Notes: generated from the sequence alone by a model not told the origin. Counted from the first letter of the stretch, positions 47,901 through 58,760 are shown. The stretch: DNA of 64,000 nt from Lingula anatina (GCA_051362555.1 CM120649.1:15452567-15516566), one strand, 5' to 3'. Translations and numbers: made by a program.

Positions 47901-50900
47901 GAACCACCCATTTAACAATAAAAGTGCACTAAATATTTTTATCAATTTTAATGCAATTTTATAGAATAATATTCATTTTTATTACTATAACAGAACACTT
48001 AGGAAAATGTAACTAGCAGGGTTTCAGGCAGGGAGCAGGGAGTTCAAAGTTAAAACTAGAAAATGCTAACTGATAGTCTTATATCTACACATTATCCAAC
48101 TTCTAGTGTGTTGGAATAGACCTAAGTAGTAAGAGTAATTATCTATTTAAGATCATGTTACTGGATGGAAGATGCAGCACAATTTTTTTCTCCAAAGAAA
48201 GGCTAAGGTATTTAGCAGAGGCTAAGGTACTTAGAAGAGACTTAGCCTTATTTAGCCTCTTCTTAATATAATCACGGTTAACTGTCTCAGTTGAGTTGTT
48301 CATTTTAAGAGACAGATGCTGCTTTAGCTCCAGTTACGAATACAACGACAGTGTGATTTACACGTGATAAAATACTGATGACTACGCAGCAACAGATGCG
48401 CAGTCTGACGTCTGGTGTTTTTATTAGATATTCATTACCTCCAACAAGAAGGTCATGTTTTTGGTTTTGTTTGTCTCTTAGAAACATCACGCAAAGTAGT
48501 GAACAAACTTTGATGAAATTTTCAAATGCAAACAACGAGAAATTATTCATTTCTAGTTCAAACACAAAATTCAATCTACTCACTTCTTCATCTGAGCCAT
48601 CTTGTCACAAAATTTAATCTACTCACTTCTTCATCTGAGCCATCTTCTCCACAAAATTTAATCTACTCACTTCTTCATCTGAGCCATCTTCTCAGTGAAA
48701 GCCTGGCAGAGGTCCAGAGACTGCTGGGTGTGGGAGGCCTTCACCATACACAGCACCTTGGCGGAGTATGCGGCCAGTCTGATCTGGTAGACCATAGCCA
48801 TGTCCCTCACACTGATCCCCAGGTACAGGTACTCCAGCTGACCAGTAAGGGCAACTATCTATAATGTAATGTTAATGTAAATTATTATAATTAAAAAAAA
48901 AAAACAAGTCTGTGAGGACTATAATTATTGTATTTACAGAGTAAATAATAATACTCATCAGTGTTCAACTGTGAGACCCCATTCCCATACAGGCCATTGG
49001 ACTATGTGGATCCACCCAAATCTGCAGGGGCTTTCGCTTAGTGCAATCAGCTCAACTGAACGACATGCCTCCTCAAGCAACCAGGGGGTATTTATCTTTT
49101 GTGTGCACTCATGTGCGCTCTAGGAGGGGTGTTGTTCAGTAAAGCCGATTGCAATTAATGACAGCCCCACATAGTCTGATATGTCTAATAGATGGAAATA
49201 TTCCCTTAAATTCCCATCAACAAGTCAGTCTTAGAATCAAGTCCCTTTGATAAAAGATTCATAACCCATATCTCAAGGGTTTAATAGTAATTAAAAATAA
49301 CAAATTTAAATTTTCTTTTTTACGAGTTTTAAGCTTGTAACACAACCATTTTAAAAATATACATATGTAATCAAGTATTATTATTAGTATATAAATCCTA
49401 TAAATCTAAAAATCTGTACTCTGAACACCTATGAACACATTACTAATTTAACAAATTATGTCACAGTCATCAATAGTAATCATCTGTGGATATACAATGT
49501 GGGCTCTGACAATGAATGTGGGTATGTATAAAACCATATACTTTTAATTTATTTAAATTTTCTAGTATGTGCATGTTCTGTCGAAACCTGAAATTAATAT
49601 TGTTCTGTTTCTATGTTTTTTTTTCACATTATTCTGAAATGATTTTCCTTACCCTTTAATGGTAAGGTTTTCTAGGACACACAAGAATTTGGAAAGCCTA
49701 ATTTATATTAGAAGAAGCCTGAGCTGTACCATTGGCCCCATGCCAAGTCCCAGAAGAAAATAAAATTCAAAATTTATTCAATTACTGGCCATAATTGCTT
49801 TTGCCTTGGGTCACTCTGCTGTCTCAATGGGCCAGTTGGCTGCAAAGTTTTTGCCACGCACACAGACTTATGAAGATAGTATTATATTTTGAAACAATAT
49901 AGAAAGATTGGGACAAGACAATGAAACTCCAGGTTCAAAATAATACCTTTTCTATCCTTTGGGCGCTGGAAGATTGGTTCCTGAAATTGTTGTTCCCAAG
50001 AAACTGAAAAAGATATAAATCAATCTTAACAGATGCAAAAGAACTTCAGTCTTATAATAACAATGCTTTTTTAAAACTTAACAATGAATATAAAAACTAT
50101 AAGGAAAAAATAAAATATCAAAATAAGGAAGAATGATAGGGAAGAAATACACTTCAAAATGGCATATGTAAATAAACATATGGAATGAAAAATGTAAGCA
50201 TTGTCTTATTAAGTACATTTTTGTCATACTACATTCAGAAACTTTTGTTTGTTTCATTTCACTTCAGCAAGACAATGTTTCATTCACATTACCTGTTCTA
50301 ACATGAGCTTTAGTTCAATAAACATGCTGATACACTCAGCTGTGGCCTCCTGCTGGGGTGACAACTCTGTGATTCTCTGGAGGTCTCTGCAAATGGTTGA
50401 AACACAGTGCCTTAATGAGTAAATCTTTTATACTAAAATAACAGCATAACACAAAGGGGAAATATGTGCTCTGAAATCTAAATGAAATAAAAACCTACAA
50501 AAACATGACAAAGAAAAAGAAAGAAAAAGAAAAGAAAAAAGAAACATCGTTGACCTGTAGTAATTAATTTGTAATAATGTTAATTTTTTAATAACTGTAA
50601 TTTATGAGTTGAAAAAAAAAAAAAAAACATCAAAGCCCACAACCATAACAGTATAAAACATACTGCTTGACCATGGCCAGCAGCTCGTGTCCAGTCTGTT
50701 TATCCATGAAGTCCACCTTGTCCAGTCTCTGTAAAGTCTCCTTTAAGAACTGCTGTGTGTTCACAGATTGTCCACCAGGGGGCTCCACATCACTGGAGGC
50801 AGTATGTCCATGTAACTGGATAATATAACAGTATATCCGTGTAAATGGATAATATAACAGTATATCCGTGTAACTGGATAATATAACAGTATATCCGTGT

Positions 50901-53900
50901 AAATGGATAATATAACAGTATATCCATGTAACTGGATAATATAACAGTATATATACGTGTAGCTGGATAATATAACAGTATATCCATGTAACTGGATAAT
51001 ATAACAGTATATATACGTGTAGCTGGATAATATAACAGTATATCCATGTAACTGGATAAAATAACATAAAGATAAAATGAATGTGGCTAGATGTGTGTGT
51101 ACTTTCACCATGTGAGTAGGGCTATACAACACCTTTATTCTGTTGCTTATTTTTTTCTTTCTTTATCTGCAGGTCTCCATACCTATTCTACAGTAATAAC
51201 TCACTAAATACGAACAATGTAAATTGAACATTTTCCCAAAAATGTTTTTAATATTTATAAATTAGTAACACTTGAGATTTTGATTTTAAATTACTGAAAA
51301 CTAAACTGACTTTGGCTCATTAAGTATAGTTCAGTGTGTTTCTAAAAGTAATAAAGTTTGAAAAAGTAAAATATTAGAAAAAGAAGGGTATTTCATTGTG
51401 TGAGTATTTACCTTTTTTCCTTACCTGTAAGTTAGGCACCATATCTATGACCTCTCTATATCCACCTTATTTCTTCCCTTACCTGTAAGTTAGGCACCAT
51501 ATGAGACAGGCTATCCCTGAACTCTCTATATCCACCTTATTTCTCCCCTTACCTGTAAGTTAGGCACCATATGAGGCAGGCTATCCCTGAACTCTCTATA
51601 TCCACCTTATTTCTTTCCTTACCTGTAAGTTAGGCACCATATGAGGCAGGCTATCCCTGAACTCTCTATATCCACCTTATTTCTTCTTCCCTTTCCGGTA
51701 AGTTAGGCACCATAAGAGGCAGGCTATCCCTGAACTCTCTATATCCACCTTATTTCTTCCCTTACCTGTAAGTTAGGCACCATATGAGGCAGGCTATCCC
51801 TGAGATAGGAGTAGTGTCTCAGTGTGTGTTCTGGGAGGAGAGGAACCATGGTGGGACTGTCTGCTGCTGCATTATATACCAGGAGTAGCACCGCAATATC
51901 TTTGATGTTACAGTCAAGGAATGACAACAACAAAGAAGTCAAATTCAGAATAAAAGGCAAGAAGATTTTTTTAAAAACCCTTTAAGTTGATACACTCAGT
52001 TTTTCTCTTCCAAATATGATATTGGTAACACACAATGAATAAGCAATTTGGCTCATAAATCAGCTAAAAAGGAGCCATCAATATGGTTCAAAACAATAAA
52101 TATATAGATGAATACAGCACTAGCCCTGCAAGACCTTAATATAATACACCTATCAGCAATAAGGTCTTTAAATGTTGAGAATAGCTCGCAAGACCTTAAT
52201 ATAATACACCTATCAGCAATAAGGTCTTTAAATGTTGAGAATAGCTCTAAAATATTCAGTTCACAAACAGTAATTATATTTAAATGATATCCAAATCCAC
52301 TTTATTTGAGAGGACACACTTCCACTACAGATCAATGTCGCAACATGAAGTACATTTCCTCTACACGAGGCACACATTCTACACCAACATGAGGCTTGCG
52401 TCCTTTACCTGAACATAATCCAAAAGGGGGCAGCACCTCAGTCTGATATAAAATTTTACATACAAGATAAGCCAAAACAAATACTTTCAGATTTATACTC
52501 TTAACCATTTATATTTTAAATAATCTGTTTCATAACGTTTTACAAAAAGAACAAAGGATACAGGCTGGATCATCCATGTCTGGCTCAGGTGTGTCAAAGT
52601 ACATGTGAACACTGAGAAGTTCTGGTATTAGAGGCAGAGAGAGGGCTGGGTGGTGCTCTCCTAGGTGCTGCATACACCTGACAGGATAGAAATATATATT
52701 ATAAATACATACACACTGAGAAGTTCTGGTATTAGAGGCAGGGAGAGGGCTGGGTGGTGCTCTCCTAGGTGTTGCATACACCTGACAGGATAGATAGACT
52801 AATATAAATACAAACACACTGAGAAGTTCTGGTATTAGAGGCAGAGAGAGGGCTGGGTGGTGCTCTCCTAGGTGCTGCATACACCTCACAGGATAGAAAT
52901 ATATATTATAAATACATACACACTGAGAAGTTCTGGTATTAGAGGCAGAGAGAGGGCTGGGTGGTGCTCTCCTAGGTGCTGCATACACCTCACAGGATAG
53001 AAATATATATTATAAATACATACACACTGAGAAGTTCTGGTATTAGAGGCAGAGAGAGGGCTGGGTGGTGCTCTCCTAGGTGCTGCATACACCTGACAGG
53101 ATAGAAATATATATTATAAATACATACACACTGAGAAGTTCTGGTATTAGAGGCAGAGAGAGGGCTGGGTGGTGCTCTCCTAGGTGTTGCATACACCTGA
53201 CAGGATAGATACACTAATATAAATACAGACATACACATATACCAGGAGGCGGATGAGTACATAATTAGTTGAATAAATGGACTGGTGACTAAAGCCAACC
53301 AACAGACACAGAAATAATGAAGAATATCACGAAAGACATAAAATAAAGAATTATATTTTAAACTCAATACTAGTTCTCAATTGACAAATCTTTTTCCCCA
53401 AAGCTTCCTAAACTTACTTCCATATAGAGGCTCTGTCCTGTGGGTAGCGTTTCAGGTTGTCAAGGAGGGCAAAGATGATATCTCGCAGCCCATTGGTGGT
53501 TGCTAAGGTGGCGCTACAGAACATGTTATGAACTGATTCTCTGATCTCATGGTTGAAATCCTGGAATTTATATAAAATTAAGATCTGTCACACAAGTGGT
53601 TGAATAGAATCATACGTCCAGGTGAGATAATACATAGATTTCATCACTTATTTCTGGACTTGTGATATTATGGATAAGAACAGGCCTTTTGAAGCCAGAT
53701 GCTGCCATGCTGACTTCTTTTGTTTACTGAAGAGCTTTCTCTCCAGCATTCTTTTGCTTACTGGAGAGCAAGTTTTATACCTTTGCATCTAGCTGCAAAA
53801 GGCCTATAGTACGTTTTAATCTCTATAATCTATACAGCTCTGAGACCATTGTGAAACAAAAACTTCAAATTATTGCTTTACCTTTTCCTTACCATTACTA

Positions 53901-56899
53901 TTTTTTATTATTATTATTTCATATCTAAACCATACCTTGAGCAGTCCTGAGGTGATTATCTCCACCTGATCTTCTCTCAGAGAGAAATGCTGACACATCT
54001 TTCGCAGACTGTTGATGGCATTGAGCCGTACGCTCTCTATTTCATCGTTAAACATGTCCACAAGATAGTCTAGGGACTGGTTGGCAAAGCTCGGCTTGTG
54101 AGAGGCCAGCTCACACAGGGAGTCCACCGCAGCGTTTCGAACCTCTGCAAAGACAAAACAGGGGTCAAATGTTACGGTTTAACATGGAATAATTTCAAAT
54201 TAACTCTTTTCAAAACATGAAATATAGTTGTTTTTCTACATTACACTTCAGCAATATGAATCTCTTCAAGGAAAATAAAATTAATGGAATGTCTGGTTCT
54301 AAAATGACTGAGGAAAAAAGGATGGCAAGATGCTTTGGTGACTGAATTATGGCATATTTTACGTTAAAAAACTTTTGGAAATGAATTGACAACTGATATA
54401 ATAATATTCTTTAAGTGAAGTCAGAGGGAATACTTCACTTTCAATATTCATGCACATCACAATAAAATACCATCCTACATGTAAAGGAAGTGGAAAAGCC
54501 ATTCTGTATATAAATATGACAATGTTATTGCATATCGATAAAAATAAATGTTGTGAATAGGAGGGGTCTTGGAAATAAACTACCTAAATATTCATCTTCC
54601 AACCCATGGACAAATGCGCCGCAAGCTCCTCCAGACATCAGACTGACGTCGTCTTCGTCCACCTCTCCTCTCGGAGCGTCATCAGCCCACTTGTTTCCAG
54701 ACGCCCACTCCCCACTCTGAAAGTGCTCCTTCTGGCGTTCATGGGCACTCATTTTCAACTAAAATTTTAGGGGAAAAAAAATTAAAATATGCAAAGAAAA
54801 AAGGGGGATGCAAATCACGTTTCATATCTTAAACAAGCTCTATGAAGTATACACAACACAGTTTTCAAAAAAATGTCAGAAATGCACAATCAACTTTAAC
54901 TTCCATGTAACTAATATTCCAGCATCAAAAGGTTTACTAGCAAAGTAAGAAACAATTAAAAAACAACAGCTTTCAACAAAATACTTATCAGCTGGACCTT
55001 TCATCTGTTTTTAATTCATTCAATCTATTAATGAAACAGACAAAGAATTGCAAAGATTACCCTCATGTTAGACATCAACTTCTTGTCCAATGTTTGTTCT
55101 AAAAATCTTGGACTAACAAGGTGTAGTGAGCCCTACAATAAACAATATGAAAAATTCTGCAAATGACAATGCCAGAAAATCCGTCTTTCTCTAGTTTGTT
55201 TGTGAGTATTGTGTCAGGAAATGACACCAAGTAAAGACTGGGGTCAGATAAAAATCTGTCAGTGATAAATAATGGAGGCATTCCACAAGAGAAGGACCCT
55301 CTGTGTCATGTTAGTGGCCCAGTGGTGCACTGATTTAGCGTTGTCTATCCAGTCAGCGTGTAAGCCATATCTACTACACTATTTGCTTAAATTTTATATT
55401 TTATCTTTATCTTACCAGTAACCCTGCTGCCTCAGCTCTGACTTTCCAAGAGAGGTCATTCATCATGTTGCAGATCTTGACAAAAGTGTCGTCTACAAGC
55501 CGTATCTTTTCTTTAGACTTTTTCAAAGTCACTTTACTGGAGAAAGAAATATTGAAAATGAGTCCATATCAAAATAGATTCAGAGAAAAGATAATGGTAA
55601 TCTTTATAATTATCATTCATGGTAAGACAAATGCAAAAAGGGAACTCAAAAGCAAATTTTGTTCAGAAAATTCCTAACAAAAAAACACACGGCTAAGAAA
55701 CTATAAAGAGCAAGCTCAATATAGTGTAAATGCCAGTGCCACCAGTACTGGATTTTGATAAATGTTCCATGAAAAACCTGCAAAAGCTTTTGGTCTGTAG
55801 CCAGCAATTTCAAATGGAAATTTATTTTCTGGAAAAGTGGCCATTTTCACCCTTTAAATTGTCCTTACTTGTTGACATAGGACCTAGATAGATATTTGAT
55901 TGAAAGTGGACCTTTTGCAACCAAAACTACAGTTCTTTCTGACCCCTCCCCTCTAACCCCCCTCCCCCTTTCCGTGCTGTACACATTTTTTAAGGGCCCA
56001 CAACCCCCACCTACCTCTCAGGATACAAGTGTGCCATCACCCAAAGCAGCTTCACAGCATGCAGTCGCACGGACTCGTAGTCATCTGTCAGCGCCCCGCC
56101 TGCCTGTCTGTAGACATACATGTCCAGGAGAATGCCGCGCTCATGAAGGCTGGCCTACAGTAAGGAACAGAGTTTAGTTTCCTACTGAAGCTCTATAACA
56201 CTGGCATTCGATTTACAAACACAGGTCATTTGAATTCAAGCCACTTATCTGAATATTTTCAAGGGTCTTTTTTGTTTTTTCTTTTTAACATAACCACTGG
56301 TCAAACTGTCTATATGACAAGTTGAACTTGTTTCTTACAGTGACCCCAGAGAAGTAAAAAAAAATTAAAGAAATAAAATAAGACAAAATTACTAGATTAT
56401 GTGATTGTATTGAAAGTTTTTAAAAAAATCTCAGGTCAAATGCTACTCATTAGCCACCAGTCCTTACCAAAGCCCTCAAAGCACTGGCCCTGACCCTGGC
56501 ATCCTGGTCCTGGGTATAACTACACAGCATCTTCTGTACTTGTAACAAAGAATCTGATTCGCCCTCAGCAGGGGACGTGCTGTCACATGATGCTAAAGCA
56601 CCAATCAGTTCCAAGCATTTACATCTGACCAAATGGCTGGTATCTTGAAGTTTCTGAAATCAATCACTTTCTAGTCAATGTTTATCACATCATTTTTTTC
56701 TATGGCACTTGAGATTTGTTTAGATGAAAAAAATATTATCAGTTTGGGAACAATCAGAGGCCCCACTATATAAAAAAAATAGAAAATTACCTCATTTGCC
56801 ACAGAGATCAGCTGGCCATGTAGTTTCCTATCTGTTGGTTGTAACTTTCCTATCACCAGCAGAGTGTTCATTACCTGACTGGACACAGTATGAGACACT

Positions 56900-56961
<62 letters not shown>

Positions 56962-58057
56962 TTATTCAATCAGCAAAGGAGTCACAAAATAGAACCTTTT
57001 TCAAATTGAATAACCTAAATGTACTGCATAAAACAAACTTGAACTTATGAAAGGGATTAACTCCCCCCCCCCCCAAACCTGTAGTGAAATTACATGTTAG
57101 AACCTCTCAAAGAGAACCAGTATAGCTATCTCTAAAGTATGTATGAGTGCTACTTGATGTGAAGATGGTTTTAATCTACGTGGAAGTGTATTGAATTCTG
57201 TAGCTGTGCACAGCAATGCTGCAAAGTCTTTGTGTTGTTTGTGTATTTATTGTGACAGTGTACTTTTCAATATCTTGTGAATGCAATTTTAAAAAAAATC
57301 AATTAACATCTTTACAAAGTCATTAGTATTAGGACACTCCCAAAGCTACCTTCTCTCTTGAAAGCATTGAGCAAATCATCCACAATGGCCGCTGCATTGA
57401 ATCCCGGAGTCTTAACCACTTGTGCCAACACCAGCAGTACTTTGACACGGACAAATGACTCCTTCTCTTTATAGAAATGATCCAGTAGTCCACGAACTGC
57501 ATTTTCTGCGGTGGCAAGATCAAAAGGGAGGCGCTGTTCAAAGGCGACCAGACACTGGAGAGCCTCCTGGGAGTTGGCGGCTGTGTGGAGTTCTAGCTGT
57601 ACTGGGGGGACGGAGGGGGGTGGCTTCTGGATCAGACGGAGGCGTTTTGGCTCTGGAGGCTTTTCCTCCTAAAAATTGTGTTAAAAAATAAATAAAATGC
57701 ATCTCATGTACAGAACGACGGGATGGTTATTTCTGTTCCATAGATCGTGACATTACAAATGTGTCAAAAGGCTTAAAATCTGTACTCAAAATTATGGAAA
57801 TGTTAAACCACTTCATCTTGTATTTGAAAGACAAATATGCAGAGTGTAACCACAGTTTCAGTACAGAGTAGAGGCAAGACCGGTCGTCGTAACACACTGT
57901 AAATAACTCATCCCAATGGGAGAAATCTGTGCCTAAAAACACAGACAGGCGTTATCATTAGGGAAGAGTATGAAGGCACCAAATTTAGATTCTTCGGTGT
58001 TACCTGAATAACACGAGTAAATTCGGCTAAGGCCCTCTTCTTCAAGTGTGCTGCCAT
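32265..58057 (-). CDS. INTS4: Integrator complex subunit 4, multi-exon
   Basis: Starts [18 protein letters not shown] (ATG at 58057). Exons include [70 protein letters not shown] and [14 protein letters not shown]. Last exon ..[14 protein letters not shown] ends at 32265. Confidence 0.95.
32915..33255. repeat. ~57-60-bp minisatellite, ~6 copies, in the last INTS4 intron
   Basis: GGGATGTGATATCCCGGTGATT...AAGATGAGCT(A/C)GGAAGAGCTGTT recurs near 32939, 32995, 33053, 33112, 33169 and 33229. Confidence 0.85.
36121..37131 (+). CDS. FkbM-family (Methyltransf_21) SAM-dependent methyltransferase with N-terminal signal anchor, copy 1; nested antisense in an INTS4 intron
   Basis: Intronless 336-aa ORF. 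N-terminal [18 protein letters not shown]; motifs [37 protein letters not shown]. Confidence 0.88.
   Translation: MARNYIPVALITVIAVALLYLNRTKIKEVAIKNLFSGTPMTRRISARTQRFPAIISTLVTEKEWEEIRCVSLKVHPNISTPICIYNLTQADPLSNMLSRGIFWQPQLVKEMIKILKRDPELQLIDLGANLGTWTLSAARLGRKVLAAEMFPPTVIRLYKSIQLGKLQDLVTLVPKPLSDTKENVTIYLCGNNKMGTNIVKNAQVMSNCGLASPYVASTITMDDLTAYLPNGFKKAFMKIDIEEMELRVFNRSEHFLKTVDVPIILMEWMHYRRSIQEPKCSYFISYMSRMGYIPFRHLAGPDGKLGPLLEDKHWLHITDLYLIKKTYLKSNFAHLQ
37565..38605. mobile_element. PIF/Harbinger-like non-autonomous element
   Basis: 34-bp TIRs GGTCATACTTTTTTATTTTTATGGATGACATCCT / AGGATGTCATCCATAAAAATAAAAAAGTGTGGCC with TTA on both sides. The paralogous spacers at ~43321 and ~47615 show the empty site ATC-TTA-CT. 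Confidence 0.85.
40281..41291 (+). CDS. FkbM-family methyltransferase, copy 2
   Basis: Paralog of 36121-37131. The ATG (MARKY) at 40281 aligns with the copy 1 start; all motifs intact. Confidence 0.88.
   Translation: MARKYIKMALIIIIVVDLLYLKYTKIKGVAMNNLYSAEPMTRRISVRTQRFSAIISTMVSKKEWEKIGCVSLKVHPNISTPICIFNMTEGDPLSNMLSRGTLWQPQLVKEMIEILKRDPKLQLIDLGANLGTWTLSAARLGRKVLAAEMFPPTAIRLYKSIQLGNLQDLVTLVPKALSDTKENVTIYLCGKNKMGTNIVKNAQVMRNCGLASPYVASTITMDDLTAYLPNGFKKAFMKIDIEEMELRVFNRSEHFLKTVDVPIILMEWMHYRRSIQEPKCSYFISYMSRMGYIPFRHLAGPDGKLGPLLEDKYWLQVGDLYLIKKTYLESNFVHLQ
41927..42922 (+). CDS. FkbM-family methyltransferase, copy 3 (most divergent)
   Basis: Paralog starting MARKY at 41927. Has KIDIEGME, a shortened central loop ([16 protein letters not shown]) and a different [13 protein letters not shown] segment. 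Confidence 0.88.
   Translation: MARKYNIQVAFIAIIVVVLLYFKQTKIKGVLIKNLYSGTPKTGRISARTQRFPAIISNLVSEKEWEKISCVPFKVDRNISTPICIYNLTEGDNLSKVLSRGTVWQPHLIKTIQILKRDPELQLIDLGANLGTWTLSAARLGRKVLAAEMFPPTVIRLYKSIHLGNLQDLVTLVPKPLSDTKENVTIYLCGKSKMAINILMRKCSSPSPYVASTITMDDLTAYLPNGFKKAFMKIDIEGMELRVFNRSEHFLKTVDVPVILMEWRFYIKSTLEPKCSYFISYMIRMDYIPFRHLAGPAGKLGPLLEDTHWLHITDLYLIKKTYLKSNFAHLQ
45442..45597 (+). pseudogene. FkbM methyltransferase copy collapsed by a ~1-kb internal deletion
   Basis: Upstream sequence matching 40165-40215 is joined directly to the last ~30 codons ([26 protein letters not shown]) and the 3' flank of copy 2. Confidence 0.8.
46230..47240 (+). CDS. FkbM-family methyltransferase, copy 4
   Basis: Paralog starting MARKY at 46230; [17 protein letters not shown]; intact frame. 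Confidence 0.88.
   Translation: MARKYIQVAVITIIVVVLLYFKQTKIKGAAMNNLYSAEPMTRRIFARTQRYPAIISTMVSEKEWEEIHCVSLQVHPNISTPICIFNMTEGDPASKKLSRGIFWQPHLIKEMIEILKGDPELQLIDFGANLGTWTLSAARLGRKVLAAEMYPPTFIRLYKSIQLGNLQDLVTLVPKPLSDTKENVTIYLCGNNKMGTNIVKNAKVMRNCGLASPYVASTITMDDLTAYLPSGFKKAFMKIDIEEMELRVFNRSEHFLKTVDVPIILMEWMHHRRSIQEPKCSYFISYMTRMDYIPFRHLAGPDGKLGPLLEDKHWLQVGDLYLIKKTYLESNFSQLQ
47268..47437. mobile_element. Short MITE-like insertion just after the stop codon of copy 4
   Basis: Termini CAGGGGCGGATT / AACCACCCCTG flanked by AATAT on both sides. Absent after the other paralogs. The left junction is triplicated (GTAATATCAGGG x3). Confidence 0.6.
48563..48692. repeat. 43-44-bp tandem repeat x3 spanning an INTS4 splice donor
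   Basis: Minus-strand AAGATGGCTCAGATGAAGAA|GTGAGTAGATT repeated, with donors at 48670, 48626 and 48583. Confidence 0.9.
50800..51066. repeat. 29/31-bp tandem repeat x9 spanning an INTS4 splice acceptor
   Basis: Minus-strand TTATATTATCCAG|TTACATGGA..TACTG unit; the exon-proximal acceptor is at 50816-50818. Confidence 0.92.
51409..51803. repeat. 70-bp tandem repeat x5-6 spanning an INTS4 splice donor
   Basis: Minus-strand GGATAGCCTGCCTCATATGGTGCCTAACTTACAG|GTAAGG unit, with donors at 51765, 51695 (mutated), 51622, 51552, 51482 and 51424. Confidence 0.92.
51900..52561 (-). other. U12-type (minor spliceosome) GT-AG intron in INTS4
   Basis: Donor GTATCCTTT; branch site TTCCTTGAC ~13 nt before an AAG acceptor with no pyrimidine tract. 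Splicing restores DDPA-Y-IAVL. Confidence 0.9.
52128..52247. repeat. 60-bp perfect tandem duplication
   Basis: GCAAGACCTTAATATAATACACC...GAGAATAGCTC occurs twice in a row. Confidence 0.9.
52608..53222. repeat. 104-bp tandem repeat x6 spanning an INTS4 splice acceptor and ~69 nt of exon
   Basis: Acceptors at ~52678, 52782, 52885, 52989, 53093 and 53197, each followed on the minus strand by [22 protein letters not shown] coding sequence. Confidence 0.93.
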
Positions 58058-58603
58058 TGCCGACTTTCAAAGTTACTACCTATAATGAAATTTCGTTTAA
58101 TAAAAAAGCAAATGTATCATCATCAAATAATATTTAATAAGGGTATTTTATTTTATATTTGTTATAAATAATAAATCAATGTTTTAAGAATATTATTCAG
58201 TCATATAAGATAAGACGTGCATTAAACATAAATAATTTTCGAAACTAAATATGGCAATTCGTAATGCGTCAGTATAACAGCAAAGGTGAGTGCTTTGAAA
58301 ATCGATAAGAAGGTAATCTTTGTTAATATTTTAATATTACTTTCTTAAAATGAACAAGAAATGTAAAAATATCTAGCAACAGATGCATATTTCAAGTGTA
58401 TCTTTTTGGTGACGTTACTTTATTATGCACAAAACGGTCAAATGGCATGTTGGAAGAAAGAAAGTGTATGTTTTGACATGTTATTATTATTACATGTACA
58501 CTGATATATCTTTGTATCCGACTGGTAGAAAAGACAGCAATGTGTCACTTACTTATTCTGCAGCGATGGTACAAATAGTTCATAACTACACACACACACA
58601 CAC

Positions 58604-58634
<31 letters not shown>

Positions 58635-58760
58635 GTACTTCAACATGCACATATATAAATTTGATTGTACAGTCATGAAGGTAATTATGAATGCACTTAA
58701 TATACATTCATTTATTTATTTTATTTTATTTTTATTTATTTATTTTTTATTTTATTTTAG

